A DNA stretch of 64,000 bases from assembly GCA_963765635.1 (NCBI GenBank), contig CAVXXF010000004.1, forward strand, positions 379,610 through 443,609, written 5' to 3'. Shown here piece after piece: positions 1 to 9,468 of this stretch (its first letter is position 1; each line of letters starts with the position of its first letter). The notes beneath the pieces were generated by a model. It was not told the DNA's origin. It worked only from the letters and a program-made list of their open reading frames with translations, and ran no database searches. Origin of the DNA: an uncultured Thermoleophilia bacterium. GTDB taxonomy: Bacteria > Actinomycetota > Thermoleophilia > UBA2241. The translations under genes were made by a program, and so were the position numbers.

Positions 1-301
1 GAGGAAAGAGGTTGAACCGCTGGAAGACCATGCCGATCTTGGCGCGCTGTTTGGCAATGTCGCGCACCTTCATCTCGTGCAGCTTGCCGTGCCGCTCCTG
101 ATACCCCATCAGCTCGCCGCCCACCCAGAGACGCCCAGCGTTGATCTTCTCTAGGTGGTTGATGCAGCGCAGCAAGGTCGACTTGCCTCCCCCGGAGGGG
201 CCAAGGAGCACGTAGGTCTGACGCGGATTGACCACCAGGCTGACGCCCTTGAGCACCTTGAGCGTGCCGAACGATTTCCAGACACGCTCAACCTTCACCA
301 T
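1..301 (-). CDS. Polar amino-acid ABC transporter ATP-binding protein (GlnQ/HisP-like), N-terminal part only; C-terminus runs off the left edge
   Basis: Manual reverse translation from ATG 301..299 gives MVKVERVWKSFGTLKVLKGVSLVVNPRQTYVLLGPSGGGKSTLLRCINHLEKINAGRLWVG..., with Walker A GPSGGGKST. It is not in the ORF track because it is open at the window edge. Confidence 0.85.
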   Translation of the reverse strand, partial: MVKVERVWKSFGTLKVLKGVSLVVNPRQTYVLLGPSGGGKSTLLRCINHLEKINAGRLWVGGELMGYQERHGKLHEMKVRDIAKQRAKIGMVFQRFNLFP

Positions 302-375
302 GGGCTGGGTGGAGGAGATTGGAGCCTTCATCGCGGCGCCGCTCGCAGCGGCTCCAGCTTCAATTCCTGCCGCAC

Positions 376-1344
376 TCACACCTGGCTCCTTTGCAGTCGC
401 TTCTTTGCCCGGCGCTCTGCGATGATCGCTTCGTCCTGGCCGAAGCCCCGGCCGAAGTGACGCTCTAGGTAGTGTTGGCCGATACTCAGCAGCGTCGTCA
501 GGAAGATGTACCAGATCGTGGCCACCATGAGGAGCGGGATGATCTTGAAATTCTGGCCGTATGCGATCTGCAGGTTGGTCAGAAGGTCGTTGCCCGAGAT
601 GATGGACACCAAGGCAGTCGTCTTGAGCATGCCGATGGTCTCGTTGCCCATCGGCGGGATAATTACCCGCATCGCTTGCGGTAGGACGACCATGCGCATC
701 GCCAAGCCACTCGACATCCCCAGCGAGAGGGCGGCCTCGGTCTGCCCATGCTCGACCGAAATGATTCCGCTGCGTACGATCTCAGCAGCGTAAGCAGCCT
801 CGTTGAGACCGAGGGCGAGAATGCCTGCCGTGGTCGCTCCGATGAGGGCGCTGGTCTGGCCCTGGGCGAAGACCACATTCACGAAGGGCAGGCCGATGAA
901 GAGTGTCGGATAGATGGCTCCGAGAAAGCCCCAGATCAGGATCTGGACGAGCACTGGGGTGCCTCGAAAGAACCAGATGTAGACCCAAGCGAAACTCTTC
1001 AGGACCGGGTTGTCGGAGAGGCGCATCACGGCCAGGACGGTGCCCCCCGACATCCCAATCAGCATCGCGACCACAGTGAGCTCGATGGTGACAACCAAGC
1101 CCCTAAGGGTGAGGTCCTTGAAGAGGTACTCCCAGACGCTCGCCCAATCCATGCGTGGGTTCTTCGCGAGGGAGAGCAAGAGGGCGACGACGAGCAGGAT
1201 CAGCACGACAGCGCCGATCCAACGTCCCCAGTGACGCACTGGAATTGCCCTAATCGCCTCAGGCTCTAGGTCGTCAGTAGCGGCGCCACCGGCCACAGCT
1301 GCTGACGCAGCACCCAGCTCCTCCACTGGCTGACCCGTCGGCAT
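376..1344 (-). CDS. Amino-acid ABC transporter permease (His/Glu/Gln/Arg/opine family)
   Basis: 322-aa ORF with multiple hydrophobic helices and the EAA-type loop NEAAYAAEIVRSGIISVEHGQTEAALSLGMS. It sits between the binding-protein and ATPase genes. Confidence 0.85.
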   Translation of the reverse strand: MPTGQPVEELGAASAAVAGGAATDDLEPEAIRAIPVRHWGRWIGAVVLILLVVALLLSLAKNPRMDWASVWEYLFKDLTLRGLVVTIELTVVAMLIGMSGGTVLAVMRLSDNPVLKSFAWVYIWFFRGTPVLVQILIWGFLGAIYPTLFIGLPFVNVVFAQGQTSALIGATTAGILALGLNEAAYAAEIVRSGIISVEHGQTEAALSLGMSSGLAMRMVVLPQAMRVIIPPMGNETIGMLKTTALVSIISGNDLLTNLQIAYGQNFKIIPLLMVATIWYIFLTTLLSIGQHYLERHFGRGFGQDEAIIAERRAKKRLQRSQV

Positions 1345-1348
1345 GAAC

Positions 1349-2332
1349 TCAGAAGGCGGCGTTGTTCACTGTCGCGGACTCCACTGCAGCCGGAGCAATG
1401 CCGTACTTGTCGAGGATCTTAGCGTAGGCACCCTCGTCGATAAGCGCTTGAAGCGCCTTCTGCAGGGCGTCGCGCAGCTGCGTGTTGCCCTTGACGACGC
1501 CCGCGCCGAGGAGGCCCGGCTCATAGCCGTTTGGCGCAGACGGCTCAAGCACGATTTCGAAGGCATTGCCGTCCTCGTAGGTCTTCGCGGCCCATGCACC
1601 GGCGGAGAGATCGGTGAGGCTAGCATCTGCCTTGCCAGCCGCCAACGCCAGAGTCAGATCGCTTGAGTTCGGCAGGATGACCATCTTCATCTCTGGCTTA
1701 CCAGCCGCCTTGAACTCCTTGTTCATCCTCGTCGCCATCCTCGCCTGCGAGGCGCCCGTGACGACGATAACGCTCTTGCCAGAGAGATCATCGAGACCCT
1801 GGATGCTCTTCGGATTGCCCTTCAAAACCAAAATCGTCGTACCATCATAAGCATAATCGACGAAGTCGAGCACGGCCTGCCGCTCTTTGGAGTCGTAGAG
1901 CGCCGAGATGGTGACATCCGCTTTGTCAGCTTGAACAGCCGGGATCAGGCTGTCGAAAGGCAGCTGCACGTCCTTGGCAGTGATGCCGAGCTTCGCCGCC
2001 AACGCCTGTGACAGATCCCAGTCGAAGCCTGTCACCACCTTGCTTCCTTCGCTCTCATACATCTCCCATGGCGGATACGGGATGTTCATCGCGACGCGCA
2101 TCTCTCCAGACGATTTGATGCTGTCGGGGAGCATGGCGTTCAGGCTTGGATCGGACGCAATGGAGGCGCCGGCGACGGTCACCGTGGCACCAGAGGATGC
2201 AGAGGGCGCGGGGGTCGAGTCCGAGGTAGATGACCCTCCACAGGCGGCAAGCATGAGGATCGAGCCGAGTCCCACGAGGATCAAGACGGCCATCAGAAAT
2301 GTATGGCTAGCACTGACACGGGCGTATCTCAT
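1349..2332 (-). CDS. Amino-acid ABC transporter substrate-binding lipoprotein
   Basis: Start moved to the internal ATG at 2332, preceded by GGAGGA. The N-terminus MRYARVSASHTFLMAVLILVGLGSILMLAACGGSS has a lipobox (LAAC). The rest has SBP_bac_3-like composition. Confidence 0.8.
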   Translation of the reverse strand: MRYARVSASHTFLMAVLILVGLGSILMLAACGGSSTSDSTPAPSASSGATVTVAGASIASDPSLNAMLPDSIKSSGEMRVAMNIPYPPWEMYESEGSKVVTGFDWDLSQALAAKLGITAKDVQLPFDSLIPAVQADKADVTISALYDSKERQAVLDFVDYAYDGTTILVLKGNPKSIQGLDDLSGKSVIVVTGASQARMATRMNKEFKAAGKPEMKMVILPNSSDLTLALAAGKADASLTDLSAGAWAAKTYEDGNAFEIVLEPSAPNGYEPGLLGAGVVKGNTQLRDALQKALQALIDEGAYAKILDKYGIAPAAVESATVNNAAF

Positions 2333-2470
2333 CACTCCTCCTTGCTGACGATTTTGGCGATCGCATGCCTTCTCCGAGAACAAGCGTCGAGCTGTGACGC
2401 ACGGGTCCAACCGACTATCCATCAACGACCGCTTGCGCAGACGACTTGATGCCATTACCGCGGCGAATGC

Positions 2471-3475
2471 TCATACTTCATCGAGAAGCCTGCCGACACC
2501 GTCCGCACAGGCAGCGCTGACCACGATGTTGGCCACTGCAGCGTCTTGGACGCCGACACCTGTCAGATCGGCGACGGTTATCTCTGAGGCGGAGGTTCTT
2601 CCAGGCTTGAGGCCAGCGGCGATCTCTCCCAACTCCGCGTAGACGTCCTCCGCCCGTATCACCCCGGCATCGATGGCCTTATGGATCTCGCCCTGGGTGA
2701 GGCACTGACTGAGGCTGTCAGCGACCACCTTGTCGGCACGACTCATGACCTCGACGGCCAGCTCCTGTTTGGCCGCCATGTCGGCGCCCATCGCAGTGAT
2801 GTGAAGACCTTGATGAAGCCAGGCGGCAGAGAAGTGCGGTTGGCGAGAGGGGGTCGTCGTGACGACGATGTCCGCCTCGGCCACGGCTTCCTCTGCTGAT
2901 GCTGCAACACGAACATCGAGACCGTGCTCGGCGGCAACCACCTCGACGTAGGCCCGCGACTTCTCAGGTGACAGATCGTATGCATCGACACGGGTGATCT
3001 TCCGCACGCCCAAGAGCGCCGCGAGTTGGTAGCGACCTTGGATGCCACAGCCAATGATGGCTGCGCGCGACGCCTCCTTGCGAGCCAGCAGGTCTGCTGC
3101 CAGGGCACCAGCTGCGCCGGTCCGCAGGTCCGTAAGGTAGCCGTTGTCAAAGAGAATCGAGACGAGCATGCCGGTCGTAGCATCGAAGACGCAGACCATG
3201 CCCGCCCCCACTGGCAGTCCCAGGGCAGGATTCCGAAAGAACCCCGACGCAGTCTTGATTGAGTAGTAGGGGCTGCCGTGGATGTAGGCGCCCTTTACGT
3301 GGAGCTCTCCATCCTGCTCAGGGAAGTCGATCTCTAGGACCTCAGGCAGCGTGACTTCTTTGAGCGCTAGCTTCGCGAAAGCCTCCCGGACTGCCGCGAG
3401 GGCAGTACTTGGATCGATGAGCGAGCGTACTTCTCGCTCGTTCAGTATTCGTATGCTTGCTGTGCTCTCCGTCAC
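2471..3475 (-). CDS. Ornithine cyclodeaminase / mu-crystallin family protein
   Basis: 334-aa ORF, GTG start with GGGAGGA RBS. Motifs YLTDLRTGAAGALAADLLA and the Rossmann segment AAIIGCGIQGRYQLAAL are typical of the OCD_Mu_crystall family. Confidence 0.8.
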   Translation of the reverse strand: MTESTASIRILNEREVRSLIDPSTALAAVREAFAKLALKEVTLPEVLEIDFPEQDGELHVKGAYIHGSPYYSIKTASGFFRNPALGLPVGAGMVCVFDATTGMLVSILFDNGYLTDLRTGAAGALAADLLARKEASRAAIIGCGIQGRYQLAALLGVRKITRVDAYDLSPEKSRAYVEVVAAEHGLDVRVAASAEEAVAEADIVVTTTPSRQPHFSAAWLHQGLHITAMGADMAAKQELAVEVMSRADKVVADSLSQCLTQGEIHKAIDAGVIRAEDVYAELGEIAAGLKPGRTSASEITVADLTGVGVQDAAVANIVVSAACADGVGRLLDEV

Positions 3476-3616
3476 GATATCCTCCCCACTTGCTCCTACG
3501 ACTTTCGTAAGTTCACCCTAGCGCGCTGCCAATCACCTCCCTCTGTAAAGGCAGGACAGAGCCCCCTGGGAAGACAAAACGCCCGGAGTCTCGGCTTCTC
3601 GCTGAGGTCTCAATGT

Positions 3617-4801
3617 CTAGGCCTTCGCGGCGCTGGCCATCTGCGCGAGCACGTCTTCGCACACGGTGAGCGCCTCGTCTATGTCGCCCAAGGTGTTGAA
3701 GAGATGCGGCGAGAATCTGGTCGAACCGAAGCGAGGAGAGACGATGACTCCGCGTCTGTTGAGCTCCGCGGCGACCTGTTCACCGTCCAGATCGGTGAAC
3801 CGGGCGGTCACGATACTTCCGCGACGGGAGGCATCTCGCGGCGATATGATCTCCGCGCCCAGCCCGTCAAGGCCCGCTATCAACCGGTCGGTGAGCTCTC
3901 CACAGTAGCGGTAGACAGACTCGGTGGGGACCGCTTCGAGATACTCGAGAGATTTCGCAAGGCCGAAAGCGGCGGCGTAGCTCAAGGTGGAGAACTCGAA
4001 GCGGTGCATGTCTGCAGCATAGGTGAGAGCGGTGGCATCGAAGTGCCACATGTCGGCGGTTCCCCGCCAGCCCACAAGTGCGGGCTCGAGGCGATTCATG
4101 AGGTCGGGATGAAGGTAGAAGATGGCAGCTCCGAACGGGCCGCAAAGCCACTTGTAGGCTGTCGCGACTACCGCGTCCACGCCCGAACCCGCCACATCTA
4201 GCGGCACAACGCCGGCCGATTGGGTGGCATCCACTATGCAGAGCGCTCCATGCTGATGCGCGAGTTGTGCCAACTCACCCAAGTCCAGGCATAGGCCGGT
4301 CGCATACTGCACGTGGCTGACGCAGATGACTGAGGTGTTGTCGTCGACGAGGTCCGCAACTGCGTCAAAGCTCAGCGAGGCCGGATCGTGGGCCACCCGC
4401 ACAAGCCGGACTTCGGCTTCTGACTCCTTGGCGACACGGACCCAGGGGTAGACGACGCTCGGGAACTCGATGTCGATGCTGACGATGTTGCCAGAGGGAC
4501 GGATCGCCCATGCGAGCTGGCAGAGGGCTTCGGTGCAGCTGCTTGCGATAGCCACCGTCCCAGCGTCTACCCCCAGAAGACGTGCGGCGCCCTCCCTTGC
4601 CCCATCAAGGGCGAGGACCTCTGCCTCCTCGTCAAGGCTGACGGTCCCCGCATAGAGGATGCCCCGCCCATAGCTCTCCATCTCCTCTAGGACGGGCAGC
4701 GGCATCAGGGAGATCGAGGCGGAGTTCAGGTACGTGTATTTCTCCAGGCTAGGGAAATCTCGACGCGGCACCAGTGGCTTCTCTTCTCGCATCATGGACA
4801 C
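3617..4801 (-). CDS. Class V aminotransferase / cysteine desulfurase-like PLP enzyme
   Basis: 394-aa ORF with AAGGAG RBS. It has the segment DATQSAGVVPLDVAGSGVDAVVATAYKWLCGPFG, with the expected PLP lysine in AYKW. Confidence 0.8.
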   Translation of the reverse strand: MSMMREEKPLVPRRDFPSLEKYTYLNSASISLMPLPVLEEMESYGRGILYAGTVSLDEEAEVLALDGAREGAARLLGVDAGTVAIASSCTEALCQLAWAIRPSGNIVSIDIEFPSVVYPWVRVAKESEAEVRLVRVAHDPASLSFDAVADLVDDNTSVICVSHVQYATGLCLDLGELAQLAHQHGALCIVDATQSAGVVPLDVAGSGVDAVVATAYKWLCGPFGAAIFYLHPDLMNRLEPALVGWRGTADMWHFDATALTYAADMHRFEFSTLSYAAAFGLAKSLEYLEAVPTESVYRYCGELTDRLIAGLDGLGAEIISPRDASRRGSIVTARFTDLDGEQVAAELNRRGVIVSPRFGSTRFSPHLFNTLGDIDEALTVCEDVLAQMASAAKA

Positions 4802-4912
4802 TCCTTCACTCCAATCTGCTCAGCGGCTCCCTCACGTCCCCGTTGGTGCCGCTCGACCTGCCGCGAAGGCTCCTAGTCGTGGTTCCTCTCCGGCCGGAAT
4901 CCACCCATGCGC

Positions 4913-5578
4913 CTAGGCATCTCCGCCCAATCCCTTGACCAGTTCTCGTTCGGTGGCTGAAAGATGCGCCTTCAGAATCCTGACGGCGCCACGGCGGTCT
5001 TTGATCGCCAACAACTCACGCACGGCGCGATGGTCTTCGATCCAACCGAAACTCTGCTCATCGGTGTCAAGGCGATACAGTGCCAGTCTGAGTCCTGCGA
5101 GAGTGTTGGCGAAGAACGCCGATAGGCGGGCATTCCCGAGTGAGTCGACGATCGCCTTGTGGAAGCGCAGATCTAGCGTGACTATGGTCTGGTAGTCCCC
5201 GGACTCAAGCGCCCCCTCTAGGTCGCGCTCTATCATCGAGATCGCATCCACCAGATCGGTCCGGGAGGAGCGCACTGCCTCGACCTCCAGCAGACGCCGG
5301 ATCGTGAAGACTTCGCGCACGTCCTGCACCGTGGGAGCCGTCACGACGACGCCCTTGTGGACATTGCGCGTCAGGACGCCCTCCGACACTAGCTGGCCAA
5401 CCCCCTCCCTCAGAGTATTGCGTGAGATCCCCATCGACTGGGCGAGGGCAACCTCGGGGAGGCGGGTACCGGGGGAGAACTCACCACTCAGGACGCGTCG
5501 GCGGATGAGGTCAGCGACTTGATCGGAAGTGCTCGTGCGGTGAATGAACAGACTTCCGTGCGAGTCGCTGGGCGTCAT
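4913..5578 (-). CDS. GntR family transcriptional regulator (FadR-type, FCD C-terminal domain)
   Basis: 221-aa ORF with the N-terminal winged-helix segment LPEVALAQSMGISRNTLREGVGQLVSEGVL and a helical C-terminal domain. It is the first gene of the minus-strand cluster and is divergent from 5696..6856. Confidence 0.85.
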   Translation of the reverse strand: MTPSDSHGSLFIHRTSTSDQVADLIRRRVLSGEFSPGTRLPEVALAQSMGISRNTLREGVGQLVSEGVLTRNVHKGVVVTAPTVQDVREVFTIRRLLEVEAVRSSRTDLVDAISMIERDLEGALESGDYQTIVTLDLRFHKAIVDSLGNARLSAFFANTLAGLRLALYRLDTDEQSFGWIEDHRAVRELLAIKDRRGAVRILKAHLSATERELVKGLGGDA

Positions 5579-5630
5579 TGTCCTCCGCCTTCGTCTGACA
5601 TGTGAGCATTCTGCATGTTGAACAATGTCT

Positions 5631-5660
5631 TTGACAAGTACCTTATCGGGCGACTAGGGT
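5631..5660 (+). promoter_or_regulatory. Putative sigma-70-like promoter for the SelA-like gene (TTGACA-N18-TAGGGT)
   Basis: TTGACA at 5631..5636 and TAGGGT at 5655..5660 lie in an AT-richer divergent intergenic region. This is a sequence match only. Confidence 0.3.
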
Positions 5661-5695
5661 GAGTGCAAACAATCTTCCAGTGGAGGGAGCCGAGT

Positions 5696-6856
5696 ATGAG
5701 CGAGCCGACCGACCACTTGTTCTGTTCTCTTGGTTGCCGTCCGGTCATCAATGCCTGCGGCGTCTACACTGACTTAGGTGGCTCTATCCTTTCTCCTCGC
5801 GTCTGGCACGCGATGCAGGAGGCGAACGAGTGGTTCGTTTCGATGCCCGAACTTCTCGATCAGACAGGCCAAATCGTGGCCGGCCTCATGGAAGCACCGG
5901 CTGCCCGGATCACCATGAGTGCTTCCTCGGCGATCACGCTGGCAACAGCCGCCTGCATGGCGGGAAGCGACGGAGACAAGATGGATCGCCTTCCCGACGC
6001 CAGCGGCATGAAGAATCGGGTCCTGATTCAGAAGCGTCATCGGTATAAGTACGACCGGATGGTGCGCTCGGCCGGCGCCCAGCTGCATGAGGTCGGCGAC
6101 GAGGAAGGCACGACCACCGATCAATTGACGTCAGCCATAGACGAGGATACTGCGGCCATCTGCTTCCCGGCCCACCTGGACGGCACAGCTGGCTCCGTGT
6201 CACTCCGCGACACGTGCATGGCTGCTCATGCCCGCGATGTTCCGGTCATCGTGGACGCTGCCTACCTGAACTACCCTGTTGATCTCATGCCGAGTTTTGG
6301 CAAGCAGGGGGCGGATGTCGTCATCTTTAGCGCCAAGTACTTCACTGGACCCAATGCCGGAGGCATCATGTACGGGCGCTCAGACCTCCTCGAGGCAGTA
6401 GCCCTCGCGGACTTCGTGCGGCACGAATCCGGCGCCTACCTGAAGTTCGGCCGCGCCTTCAAGCAAGACCGTCAGACCGTTGTCGGAACACTCGAAGCTC
6501 TGCGCGAATGGCTGGAGATGGACCACGAGGAGCGATTCGCTGGCTATCGGCGCAAGGTGGATCACATGGCCTCTTATCTGGAGGGCATCCCCGGCGTCAC
6601 CACCACGCCCATGCACCTCACGATGGCGGAGGATCTCGTTCCGGAACCCGTGAACTGCCTCCTAGTGGAAATTGACCCTGGTCTGCAGCCAAGCAGCGAG
6701 GCGGTCAGTGAGAGATTGGCTTCGGGTACTCCCTCCATCCTCACTCATCTGCGAGGGAACTCCTTAATACTGGATGTTGAGTGTGCGTCAGACAGCGATG
6801 CAGACTTCATCGGGCGGCGGCTCCGGGAGGAGCTCCGTATTCCTGCAATCGCCTGA
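5696..6856 (+). CDS. SelA-like (L-seryl-tRNA selenium transferase family / DgaE-like) PLP-dependent enzyme
   Basis: Start chosen at ATG 5696 after GGAGGGAG. It has VINACGVYTDLGGSILSP near the N-terminus and FSAKYFTGPNAGG (candidate PLP lysine), typical of the SelA-like fold. Confidence 0.7.
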   Translation: MSEPTDHLFCSLGCRPVINACGVYTDLGGSILSPRVWHAMQEANEWFVSMPELLDQTGQIVAGLMEAPAARITMSASSAITLATAACMAGSDGDKMDRLPDASGMKNRVLIQKRHRYKYDRMVRSAGAQLHEVGDEEGTTTDQLTSAIDEDTAAICFPAHLDGTAGSVSLRDTCMAAHARDVPVIVDAAYLNYPVDLMPSFGKQGADVVIFSAKYFTGPNAGGIMYGRSDLLEAVALADFVRHESGAYLKFGRAFKQDRQTVVGTLEALREWLEMDHEERFAGYRRKVDHMASYLEGIPGVTTTPMHLTMAEDLVPEPVNCLLVEIDPGLQPSSEAVSERLASGTPSILTHLRGNSLILDVECASDSDADFIGRRLREELRIPAIA

Positions 6857-6986
6857 GGAGCGGCCTGAGAGTCGCCAATCAGTCCGACCCCCGGCTGGGC
6901 TCACTATACGAGCTTCGGACACGGTCATTGCTACATCGGACTGTGGGCTCAGTCGCGCACCGGAGGCGTGCGGGGTTGAATCACCA

Positions 6987-7241
6987 ATGAATACTGTCAG
7001 CCAGGCAATCCTCTGGGTCGGGCTCGTTTCTGGATTGGCCGGTCTCGTTCTACTCGTCATCAATCTCAATGACGCTCCTGGTGACGTATCAGACAGAGCA
7101 CCAAGGCAGAGTCATGGACTGCGGGGCCGCGACAGCGAGGGACAACACCGGAGACAGTGGGCTGCTCTCGGGCTGCTGTTGGCGAGCGTGTGTTGTCTTG
7201 TAACCGTCGCAATCACGTTGACCGACATTGCCGGAAGGTGA
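6987..7241 (+). CDS. Hypothetical small membrane protein (two predicted TM helices)
   Basis: Internal ATG of ORF 6774..7241. It encodes MNTVSQAILWVGLVSGLAGLVLLVINL...WAALGLLLASVCCLVTVAITL. There is no recognisable family and no clear RBS. Confidence 0.3.
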   Translation: MNTVSQAILWVGLVSGLAGLVLLVINLNDAPGDVSDRAPRQSHGLRGRDSEGQHRRQWAALGLLLASVCCLVTVAITLTDIAGR

Positions 7242-7486
7242 AGCTCTTTCTGAGTACGCGTGCCTCCCCTCATACGCCAATCTCAGCCGGTCCTCGTCCC
7301 TGAGATCGCCCGATAGGGTCCGGCGCTTCCGACCTCCTGCGGCGGGCCCTATCATCGGCTTCGCCTGGACTCATAGCAGCGAATGCTCCCGCGTGTCCGC
7401 TGCTGGCTTGCCTGCGCTTCGGTCTCCTTCGTCGCTTCGGTCGCAGTCGAGAAGGTCGAAGCAGGACTCAGACAGGAATCGGCAGA

Positions 7487-7717
7487 CTAGACGCTGGCAC
7501 TTCGCCGCCGCCCGAAGGTGAAGTATGAGATTGGCCCGACGATGTTGATGAAGGCCAGCGCGGTCCACATCCGCTTGGAGCCCTTGATCTGGTCTGCTGG
7601 TCGACGCTTGATGTCGATGAGGGTAGCCATCAGGAGGACGACTTCGATAGCTCCGGCGGCGGCGATCAGGATGCGGCTGCGCCTGCTACGTTCGCTCCAC
7701 TTCTTCTGGGCGACCAT
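7487..7717 (-). CDS. PLDc_N-type small membrane protein (cardiolipin synthase N-terminal domain-like)
   Basis: 76-aa ORF with two TM helices and the C-terminal pattern KRMWTALAFINIVGPISYFTFGRR, characteristic of the PLDc_N family. Confidence 0.6.
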   Translation of the reverse strand: MVAQKKWSERSRRSRILIAAAGAIEVVLLMATLIDIKRRPADQIKGSKRMWTALAFINIVGPISYFTFGRRRSASV

Positions 7718-8191
7718 GACAACCTCCGCGTAGATGGCAGGGATCCCCGATGGCGGTAACTCTCCATCGACAGGCCAGAGGCAACCGTCCGGTCACAGCC
7801 GGCGCACGAGACCCAAGCGACCGTGTCGCGGCATTGGTCGCTTCGGTCGCTTCCGTCGCCACGACATGGGATCGACGCGGGGCCAGCGCCGGCCCTGGCG
7901 AGCGAGGGACGGAATCGACAGAACCGACAGATCGGTGAATGAATCGTCAGTTCTGTCGATTCTGTCGTGTGGTCAGCCCGTTGCCACTCTGAGCCGAGAC
8001 CCCCGGCAGGAGGCCCGAGACGCGGTCCAGGTGCCACAACGCATAGTTGTACGTGGAAGCGACTGCGTGAGGTCACGGGTTGCCATCGTCGCCCCGCCCG
8101 CCGCGGAGAAGACTGACGTGGGACTCAGGAAGGCACTAGCGGGATAGAAACAACGGCATTCGGAAGAAGTAGGCCGTGGACCCGCACGAAC

Positions 8192-8401
8192 TCAATGCTC
8201 AGCGGCGTAGAGCCGCCAGCCTCCCGGTACGTCCTTGAGTTCATAGTGCGGCTCTTCCCAGTAGATCTCGAGATGCGAGAACCAGGCGTGGATAATGACG
8301 ATCGCCACGGGCCCCTCGCCGAAGTCCTGATAGGCGATACAGGCTCCATCCACGGTCTTCGCCCAACGGGTCTGCGGTACATCCGTCTCGAGTCGCCTCA
8401 C
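8192..8401 (-). pseudogene. Relic of a hydrolase-cyclase paralog (N-terminal ~50 aa fused to the last ~15 aa)
   Basis: The relic's QTRWAKTVDGACIAYQDFGEGPVAIVI matches QTRYARSRDGTSIAYQAVGDGPVDLMV at the start of 9469..10818. Its tail ELKDVPGGWRLYAAE matches PLKGVPEPWHLYAV at the end of the same gene. Confidence 0.5.
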
Positions 8402-8429
8402 ACCGTAGCAGGTGATCCAGCTGACACCG

Positions 8430-9422
8430 TCACACCGTCGGCGTCGCCGGCTGCAAGTCGCGCAGGATCGCCACCATGCCGTCGAGCAGACCGATGGCCA
8501 TCGCGGGCTCGGCCTTGAGCAGCCTCTGGAAGTCGGCGCGCTTGACCTTGGCCGTGGTCAGCTCGCCGACCGCCGAGACGGTGGCTGCGCGCGGGGCACC
8601 GTCGATGAGCGCGAGCTCACCAAAGCAGTCGTCCGTACCGAGCTCGCGCGAGTGCCCGCTCGGCGTGCGCACACGGGCGCGGCCGTTCAGGATGATGTGC
8701 ATGGAGTCACCGCGTGCCCCCGCCACCACGACGGTCGCGCCGTCGGCGAAGCGTTCGACCGTGACGAATCTCGCCAGGCTGTGGAGGTGCCGTTCTGGCA
8801 GAGCCTCGAAGACGCCGACGTGACGCAGGATCATCAGCCAGCTCAGGGCGTCGATGCCTTCGAGAGCTTTGCCCTCGACCTCCGCTGAGGCCTCGTCTTC
8901 GCCTTCCCGCCACTCACCGACGCGCCCGTGGTCGGAGATGTGCTGCGCATCGGTCCTGAGCAGGTCCCGCGCGACAAGTGCCAGCCCCGGCAGCAGGGCG
9001 ACGGCCAGGGTCGGCTCCTGGCTCAGCGCCTGCTGGAAGTCGGCCCGTGAGACCCGTCCGGTCGTGACCTCGCCGGCCGCCGTGACGGTGGCTGCGCGGG
9101 GAGCGCCGTCGATCAGCGCGAGCTCGCCAAAATGGTCGCCCGGCGCCAGCCGGCGCTCCTGGTCATCCGCGATGGTCACCGATGGTTCGCCCTCGAGCAC
9201 GACGTGGAATGAGTCGCCCGGATCCCCCGTGCGCACGATGGCGGCGCCATCTGCGTAGCGCCTGAGCTCGGCGAGATCGGCGACCCTCTTGCGATGGCGC
9301 CGGGGAAGAGCCTGGAACAGCGGCGTACGCTCGAGTGCCTCGAGCTGCCGTGAGCGAAGCACGCCCTCGACGGGCTGGCCCGCCTCCCGCTCCGTGGGTC
9401 CAGGCGTCCGTTCTGCGCTCAT
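8430..9422 (-). CDS. Protein with two tandem cyclic-nucleotide-binding (cNMP_binding) domains and no obvious output domain
   Basis: Start moved to ATG 9422 (GGAGGAGGA RBS). The motif FGELALIDGAPRAATV occurs twice, about 150 aa apart. Confidence 0.8.
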   Translation of the reverse strand: MSAERTPGPTEREAGQPVEGVLRSRQLEALERTPLFQALPRRHRKRVADLAELRRYADGAAIVRTGDPGDSFHVVLEGEPSVTIADDQERRLAPGDHFGELALIDGAPRAATVTAAGEVTTGRVSRADFQQALSQEPTLAVALLPGLALVARDLLRTDAQHISDHGRVGEWREGEDEASAEVEGKALEGIDALSWLMILRHVGVFEALPERHLHSLARFVTVERFADGATVVVAGARGDSMHIILNGRARVRTPSGHSRELGTDDCFGELALIDGAPRAATVSAVGELTTAKVKRADFQRLLKAEPAMAIGLLDGMVAILRDLQPATPTV

Positions 9423-9468
9423 GTGTCCTCCTCCTGTGGACTGGCTCGGGCCAGACTCCAAGTCGCGG

